A program made the translations under genes and the position numbers. 29,904 nucleotides of DNA from Verrucomicrobiota bacterium (GTDB lineage: Bacteria > Verrucomicrobiota > Verrucomicrobiia > Limisphaerales > JAFMIX01): the NCBI GenBank assembly GCA_026397895.1, contig JAPLTZ010000118.1, forward strand, positions 1-29,904. Reading direction: 5' to 3'. This document shows, piece by piece, positions 24,799-29,904 of the stretch. The first letter of the stretch is position 1; each line of letters starts with the position of its first letter. Below the pieces are notes generated by a model, which was given only the letters and a program-made list of their open reading frames with translations, was not told where the DNA came from and ran no database searches.

Positions 24799-25796
24799 TT
24801 AACGGAGGTTGTCCACCTGAATTTTCTTCCGGTCGGCCACGCCGAGTTCGAGCAGGGCGGCGTTGTGAATCAGTTCCGGGTTCACCGGCTCGCCGGGAAA
24901 GCCCGCGCGCGTGCGCTGTTGCTCCAGGTCTGCGAGCGACAAAACGTCCAGCGCCACCGGGTCGCGGCTGAAGCGGAGTTCGTTCAGCGTCGCGGAATAA
25001 TGCAACATGCCGCGGTCGGCGCCGGCGTATTGGCAGAGCAGGGCGTCGGTGAGGTTCAGCACCACGTGGTCGCCGAGCGCGGGCAGGGCGTAGATTTCCG
25101 GCACGGCGGTGGCGAGGCGGGCGGGGGCGTCCTCGAACCGCTGGGTGTTGTCCACGCTGCCGAACGCGAGGTCGTAGAGATGGCCGACGACGCCGGCGCT
25201 GTTGTGGTTCAGCAGCGGGGCAAGGTTGATGATCTATCGTTCCACAGCAGGTTGCCGAGCAGCGCGGTCTCGTAGAAAACTTTCTCGTCCCAACCCGACT
25301 CCACGCTGCCCGCGAGCCGGACGCCGAAGCGCGCGGCCAGTTCGCCGAAGCCCGCGCCCCGCAAATCCGCCAGCCGCCGGTCCCAGATGACGATGTGCGC
25401 CGCCGGCACGCGCGCCGCGAGCAGGCCTTCGATGACCGCCGCGACGACCGCCGGGCGCGTGCCGCTCGTCGGGCCGGGCGCGGAATAGACCTTGATGCCT
25501 ACCGTGTCCTGCGGCGTGACGAGGCTGCCCCATGCCGCAGCGACGGTGTTGCTGCCGGTCAGGGCGGTGATGCCCGCGTCCACCATCGCGCGGACGATTT
25601 CCGGGCGCGCCTTGTAAGCGACGGTGGCCTGCGGGTTGGCGACGATGACGACACGGGCGGTGACGGCGGGTTTGCTGTTGGTGGTCGTGAGCAGGTCGCC
25701 GGCGAAAACTGGCGCGGCGAAGGTCATTCCGCCCGCGCCCAGCAGGAGCAGAAGGCATTGTGACCAGCTTTGATGGAATGGCGCGTTTCTTGACAC
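24799..25796 (-). pseudogene. DUF362-like protein split by a frameshift at ~25234
   Basis: 5' frame 25796-25209 (VGIKV, PAVVAAVIEGL, IVIWDR). A second frame from 25233 reads IINLAPLLNHNSAGVVGHLYDLAFGSVDNTQRFE... to the stop at 24799 and resembles the DUF362 second half. Confidence 0.7.
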
Positions 25797-25818
25797 TTTC
25801 GGGCGCGGATGCTACCAC
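25790..25818 (+). promoter_or_regulatory. Putative sigma70 promoter for the TPR gene
   Basis: Perfect TTGACA (25790-25795), 17 nt, TGn-TACCAC (25813-25818), then 8 nt to ATG 25827. Confidence 0.55.
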
Positions 25819-25826
25819 CATCGCCG

Positions 25827-27407
25827 ATGCTGACCATAAAAAACCGGCGGTTGGGAGAATGTCTCGCAATCTTTTTTCTTGCCCTCGGCATCGCGGGCCT
25901 GGCCACCGGCTGCAAACCCGCCGGCGCGCGCGCGCTGCTCACCGGCAAGAAGCTTTTGGAACAGGGCAAAGCCGAGGCCGCCGTCGAGCAATTCAGATAC
26001 GCCGCCACGCTGCTCGCGACGAATGCGCCGGTGTGGAATTACCTCGGCCTCGCCCAGCACGCCGCCGGTCACGCGAACGATGCCGCCGCCTACCAAAAGG
26101 CGCTGGCGTTGAACCCGAATCTGGTTGAAGCCCATTTCAACTTCGGCTGCCTGCTGCTGGAGCAGGGCAACCCCGCCGCCGCGAAGAACGAGTTGACCAC
26201 CTACGCGCTCAGCCGCCCGAAGGACGTGAACGGCTGGCTCAAGCTCGGCGCGGCGCAATGGCGCGTCCACGATGCCGCCAATGCCGAGCGCTGTTACGCC
26301 GAGGCGTTGCGGCTGAACCAGCAGATTCCCGAAGCTTGGAACGCGCTCGGCCTCGTGCAACTCCAGCGCAGCCGCGCCGCTGACGCCGCCAAGGACTTCG
26401 CCGCCGCGCTGCGCTGCCAGCCGGATTACGCGCCCGCGCTGCTCAACCTCGCCGTCGTCCAGCACCAACATCTCAACAACCGCCCGCTCGCGTTGCAGAA
26501 ATACCGCGAATATGCCGCGCTGAAATCCGCGCCCAACCAGGACGCCGTCGCCGCCATCATCCGCGCGCTGGATGCGGAATTGAATCCGCCGTCCGCCGTT
26601 GCCGTCGTCGCAGTGGCCAAGCCCGCGCCGGTCGCCAAACCGGTCGTCACGAACCCGACCGCGCCCGTCGCCAGGCCCGTGACCAAGCCCGCCGTGTCGT
26701 CGGTGCCGCCGGTGGTGGCCGTCGTCGTGCCAAAAGCGAATCCAGTTGTTGAACCCGTTGCCGTCGCCAGCACCGAGCCGAAGAAAGTCTGGCCGGACGT
26801 GACGCCGTTGCCCTCCACGGAAACCGCGAAGCCGAACGCCGTCGCCGCCGCGCCGAAAGTCATCGTGCCGCCGCCCGCGCCCGCGCCGAAGCCCATCGCC
26901 CGCTACGCGTATCGTTCGCCGGCCAAACCCAAGCCCGGCAACCGCGCCGAGTCCGAGACGGCGCTGGAGCAGGGGCTGTTGAACCAGCAGCGGCGGCAGT
27001 TGCCGGAGGCGCTCGCGGCTTTCGAGCTGGCGGTGAAGGCCGACCCGGCCTACTTCAAGGCGCATTACAATCTCGCGTGGACGGCCTACGCCTTGAAGGA
27101 TTGGCCGACTTCGCTGGAGGCTTACGAGCTGGCGCTGGCACTCGACCCGGATTCGGCCTCGGCGCGCTACAACTTCGCCCTCGCGCTCAAGCAGGCGGGC
27201 TACCCGCTGGACGCGGTGAACGAGTTGGCGCGGCTGCTGGCGAAGAAGCCGGACGACGTGGCGGGGCAGTTGTTGACCGCCAATCTTTACGCGCAACAAC
27301 TCGGCGGGCCGTCGCTCGCGCGGCCGCATTACCTGCGCGTGCTGGAACTCGAACCGCAGCATCCGCAGGCCACGCAAATCCGCTACTGGCTTACGGAGAA
27401 TCCGTGA
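25827..27407 (+). CDS. Tetratricopeptide-repeat lipoprotein with central Pro/Ala/Val-rich linker
   Basis: Lipobox LATG-C, multiple TPRs (WNYLGLA, AHFNFGCL, WNALGLV, AHYNLA, ARYNFALAL), low-complexity linker at about 26590-26940. Confidence 0.9.
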   Translation: MLTIKNRRLGECLAIFFLALGIAGLATGCKPAGARALLTGKKLLEQGKAEAAVEQFRYAATLLATNAPVWNYLGLAQHAAGHANDAAAYQKALALNPNLVEAHFNFGCLLLEQGNPAAAKNELTTYALSRPKDVNGWLKLGAAQWRVHDAANAERCYAEALRLNQQIPEAWNALGLVQLQRSRAADAAKDFAAALRCQPDYAPALLNLAVVQHQHLNNRPLALQKYREYAALKSAPNQDAVAAIIRALDAELNPPSAVAVVAVAKPAPVAKPVVTNPTAPVARPVTKPAVSSVPPVVAVVVPKANPVVEPVAVASTEPKKVWPDVTPLPSTETAKPNAVAAAPKVIVPPPAPAPKPIARYAYRSPAKPKPGNRAESETALEQGLLNQQRRQLPEALAAFELAVKADPAYFKAHYNLAWTAYALKDWPTSLEAYELALALDPDSASARYNFALALKQAGYPLDAVNELARLLAKKPDDVAGQLLTANLYAQQLGGPSLARPHYLRVLELEPQHPQATQIRYWLTENP

Positions 27408-27416
27408 TGCTATATT
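27408..27416 (+). promoter_or_regulatory. Putative extended -10 promoter for the CvpA-family gene
   Basis: TG-C-TATATT immediately after the TPR stop, 9 nt before ATG 27426. Confidence 0.45.
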
Positions 27417-27425
27417 GAACCCGTT

Positions 27426-28029
27426 ATGAATCTGGAACTGCTTCTCGCCGTCGCCGCGCCCGTCGCGAAGGTCGCCGCCCAGCCGCAAACCTGGCTGGAC
27501 TCGTTCAAGGGCGGCAATCTGCCGTTCAACTGGTTTGATATCGCCGTGGTGGCGGTGCTGGCCATCGGCTTCAAGCGCGGCCGCAAGCACGGCATGTCGG
27601 AGGAGATGATGTATCTGTTGCAATGGATCGTCATGATTTTGGGCGCGGCGTGGGCGTATCAGCCCGGCGGCGATTGGCTTGTGTCGGTCTGTCCGGTCAG
27701 CCATCTGGCCAGCTACATCACGGCTTACATCACCACCGCGCTGGTCATCCGGATTTTCTTTTTGATCTTCCGAAAGCTCGTCGGGGGAAAATTGATCGGC
27801 AGCAATATTTTCTTTCTACAGCGCCGCCGAGATTGCGGCGCGCACCAAATACAACACCGACCTCTACGGCAGCAATTTTTTCCCCTCGTTGCAGGAGATG
27901 CAGACGGAGGTGTTCACCAAATCCTTCATCGGCCCGAAGGTCAAGACGCACCTCGCCGGGCTGCTCATCAAGCCCACGGCGCCGGAGAAGGTCGGGGTCA
28001 AGCGCCCCGGCGAATGGCAATGGCAATAA
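27426..28029 (+). pseudogene. CvpA-family membrane protein split by a frameshift at ~27813
   Basis: NWFDIAVVAVLAIGFKRGRKHGMSEE is a CvpA-like start. After GSNIF the likely coding frame shifts by +1 (FYSAAEIAARTKYNTDLYGSNFFPSLQEMQ...WQWQ, TAA 28027-28029). Confidence 0.7.
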
Positions 28030-28054
28030 CCCTTCGCGCTGCCGCGATTGACGC

Positions 28055-29904
28055 ATGGCCGGCCTGATTTCCCCCACGACGCTCGAGCAGATCCGCAGCG
28101 CCAGCGACATCGTGGATGTCATCGGCGGCTACATCCCGCTCAAGCGCGCCGGCGCGAACTTCACCGCGCTCTGCCCGTTCCACAAGGAGAAGACCCCCAG
28201 CTTCAACGTCAATCCGCACAAGCAGATTTTCCACTGCTTCGGCTGCCACAAGGGCGGCGACGTCTTCGGCTTCGTCAAGGAATACGAGAACATCGGCTTC
28301 GTGGACGCTGTCCGCCGCCTCGCCGACCGCGCGAAGATTCCGCTGGAGATGGACAACAATCCGCACGCCGCCGAGTCGCGCCACGTCAAAGACCAGTTGC
28401 TCCAGATCCACGACCAGATCGCCCAACGCTGGCAAAACTGCCTCGCCAACGAAGCCGCTGGCCAGCTCGCCCGCGACTACCTCAAGAAACGCGGCGTCAG
28501 TGAGGAAGCGATAAAACTTTTCCGCATCGGCGCTGCGCCGGAGCTGTGGGACGACACGGTGAATTGGGCCAAGAGCAAAGGCTACGACCTCGCGCTCGTC
28601 GAGCAGGCCGGGCTGATTCTCAAGAAGGAAGGCAGCGACCATCACTACGACCGCTTCCGGGGCCGGCTCATGTTCCCGATCTGCGACGAGCAGGGGCGCG
28701 TCATCGGCTTCAGCGGGCGCATTTTGTCCGGCGACGAAAAATCCGCGAAGTATGTCAACTCGCCGGAGACGCCCATCTTCACCAAGAGCAAAGTTTTCTT
28801 CGGCCTCGACAAATCCAAGCGCGCCATCCTCGACGCCGGGTTCGCCATCATCTGCGAAGGCCAACTCGACCTCATCGCGTGCTTCATGGGCGGCGTGCAG
28901 AACATCGTCGCGCCGCAGGGCACGGCCTTCACGGAGCAGCACGCCCGCATCATCAAGCGCTACGCCGACGAGGTCGTCCTTTGCTTCGACTCTGACAACG
29001 CCGGCCAGAACGCCGCCGTCCGCTCGCTCGATAGCCTCCTCGCCTCCGGCCTCGCCGTGCGCGTGGCCGTCGTGCCCGCGCCGCACGACCCGGACAGTTT
29101 CATCAAGGAACACGGCGGCATCGCCTTCAAGAATCTCATCCACGGCGCGGACGGATTTTTCGATTACTACCTGAAGCGCCTTTGCATCCAAAACGACGCC
29201 ACGTCCGACAAGGGTCGCCTCGTGATTTTGCGCGCGATGGCTGAAGCCGTCCACAAGACCGGCAACAACGTGCTCGTGGACACGCACGCGCAGAAAACCG
29301 CGCTCCGCCTCGGCGTCGCGCCCGAAGCCGTGCGCGCGGAGTTCACCAAGATCGCCCGCGCGGCCCAGCCGAAGGTCCAAGCCGCTGCGCCCGCGAGCGA
29401 AGAATACCTGCCCGGCGACGCCGACGCCGACGCCCACGCTGCAGCCGTCGAGTCCGGCGAAGCGCACGGCGAATACGAAGCGCCGGTCGGCCCGCCGAAT
29501 CCGCAGGAGCATTGGTTGCTGCGCCTGTTGCTCGCGCACGATGACGCTGCGCCGTGGCTTGCCGTGCATCTGGATTTGAACTGGATTCCGCACCCGCACA
29601 TCCGCGAGATTATTGCCCGCCGCCTCGCAGCGGAGAGGGACGGTAACTGGCATGGCCTAGCGGCGTTCCTGACCGGGTGCGATTCCGCCGCGCTGCAAGC
29701 CCTCATCTCCGCCGTCAGCGCCGAGCAGCGCGAAATCCAGAACGCGCCGCAGCAGCTCGCGGACATTCTGCTCCGGCTGCGGAATCAGTTCATCGAACGC
29801 GAAATCGCCGCGCTCTCCCAACGCGCCGCCCAGCCCGCGCTCAACGACGACCAGCGGATGGAACTACTGCGTCAGCAACAAGAGCTTCGTCGCGCCAAGC
29901 AGCA
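28055..29904 (+). CDS. dnaG: DNA primase, 3' end truncated by window edge
   Basis: Manual translation from ATG 28055: zinc finger CPFHKEKTPSF...CFGC, RFRGRLMFPI, KYVNSPET, TOPRIM EGQLD and FDSD, DPD. No stop found in the part translated by hand, and the frame is absent from the ORF track as expected for one running off the edge. Confidence 0.97.
   Translation, partial: MAGLISPTTLEQIRSASDIVDVIGGYIPLKRAGANFTALCPFHKEKTPSFNVNPHKQIFHCFGCHKGGDVFGFVKEYENIGFVDAVRRLADRAKIPLEMDNNPHAAESRHVKDQLLQIHDQIAQRWQNCLANEAAGQLARDYLKKRGVSEEAIKLFRIGAAPELWDDTVNWAKSKGYDLALVEQAGLILKKEGSDHHYDRFRGRLMFPICDEQGRVIGFSGRILSGDEKSAKYVNSPETPIFTKSKVFFGLDKSKRAILDAGFAIICEGQLDLIACFMGGVQNIVAPQGTAFTEQHARIIKRYADEVVLCFDSDNAGQNAAVRSLDSLLASGLAVRVAVVPAPHDPDSFIKEHGGIAFKNLIHGADGFFDYYLKRLCIQNDATSDKGRLVILRAMAEAVHKTGNNVLVDTHAQKTALRLGVAPEAVRAEFTKIARAAQPKVQAAAPASEEYLPGDADADAHAAAVESGEAHGEYEAPVGPPNPQEHWLLRLLLAHDDAAPWLAVHLDLNWIPHPHIREIIARRLAAERDGNWHGLAAFLTGCDSAALQALISAVSAEQREIQNAPQQLADILLRLRNQFIEREIAALSQRAAQPALNDDQRMELLRQQQELRRAKQ

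Noticed and set aside
7404-29653. Many long antisense ORFs (e.g. 7404-8783, 10391-11914, 11911-14211, 23132-24802, 25812-27704, 27998-29653)
   Set aside because: They mirror well-supported genes on the other strand, as expected at high GC3, and show no recognisable domains.
1-29904. tRNA, rRNA, riboswitch or other structured ncRNA
   Set aside because: Intergenic gaps are short, and I recognised no cloverleaf, rRNA or known riboswitch motifs. An Infernal/Rfam scan would be needed to exclude them formally.

Overview
High-GC bacterial chromosomal window. Gene content and style suggest Verrucomicrobiota (inference). Left part (1-7.3 kb) is housekeeping and redox: HPF/RaiA (partial), orphan ParA, YceI, pirin, LysR regulator, nitroreductase, lipA, glutaredoxin, a ~40% GC orphan gene and gcvH, with several short repeat elements. 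Middle part (7.4-23.0 kb) is a carbohydrate/sulfate-ester island: four secreted Cys-type sulfatases, two tandem GH37 trehalase-like paralogues (second broken), an apparent non-phosphorylative L-rhamnose operon (LRA1-like SDR, metal-site-degenerate MBL-fold protein, RhmD-like dehydratase, DapA-family aldolase, RhaT), an AraC regulator and an SGNH esterase. Right part (23-29.9 kb): Sel1 protein with a 33-copy TN-repeat tract, split DUF362 gene, TPR lipoprotein, split CvpA-family gene and dnaG (partial). Best leads: the rhamnose operon with a degenerate MBL protein in the lactonase slot, the sulfatase-coupled GH37 pair, the even-register TN repeat, and microrepeats clustered around a foreign gene. 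Caveat: several genes carry apparent internal deletions that may be assembly artefacts. No rRNA, tRNA, CRISPR array, transposase or integrase was recognised. All family calls are from motif recognition, not database searches.
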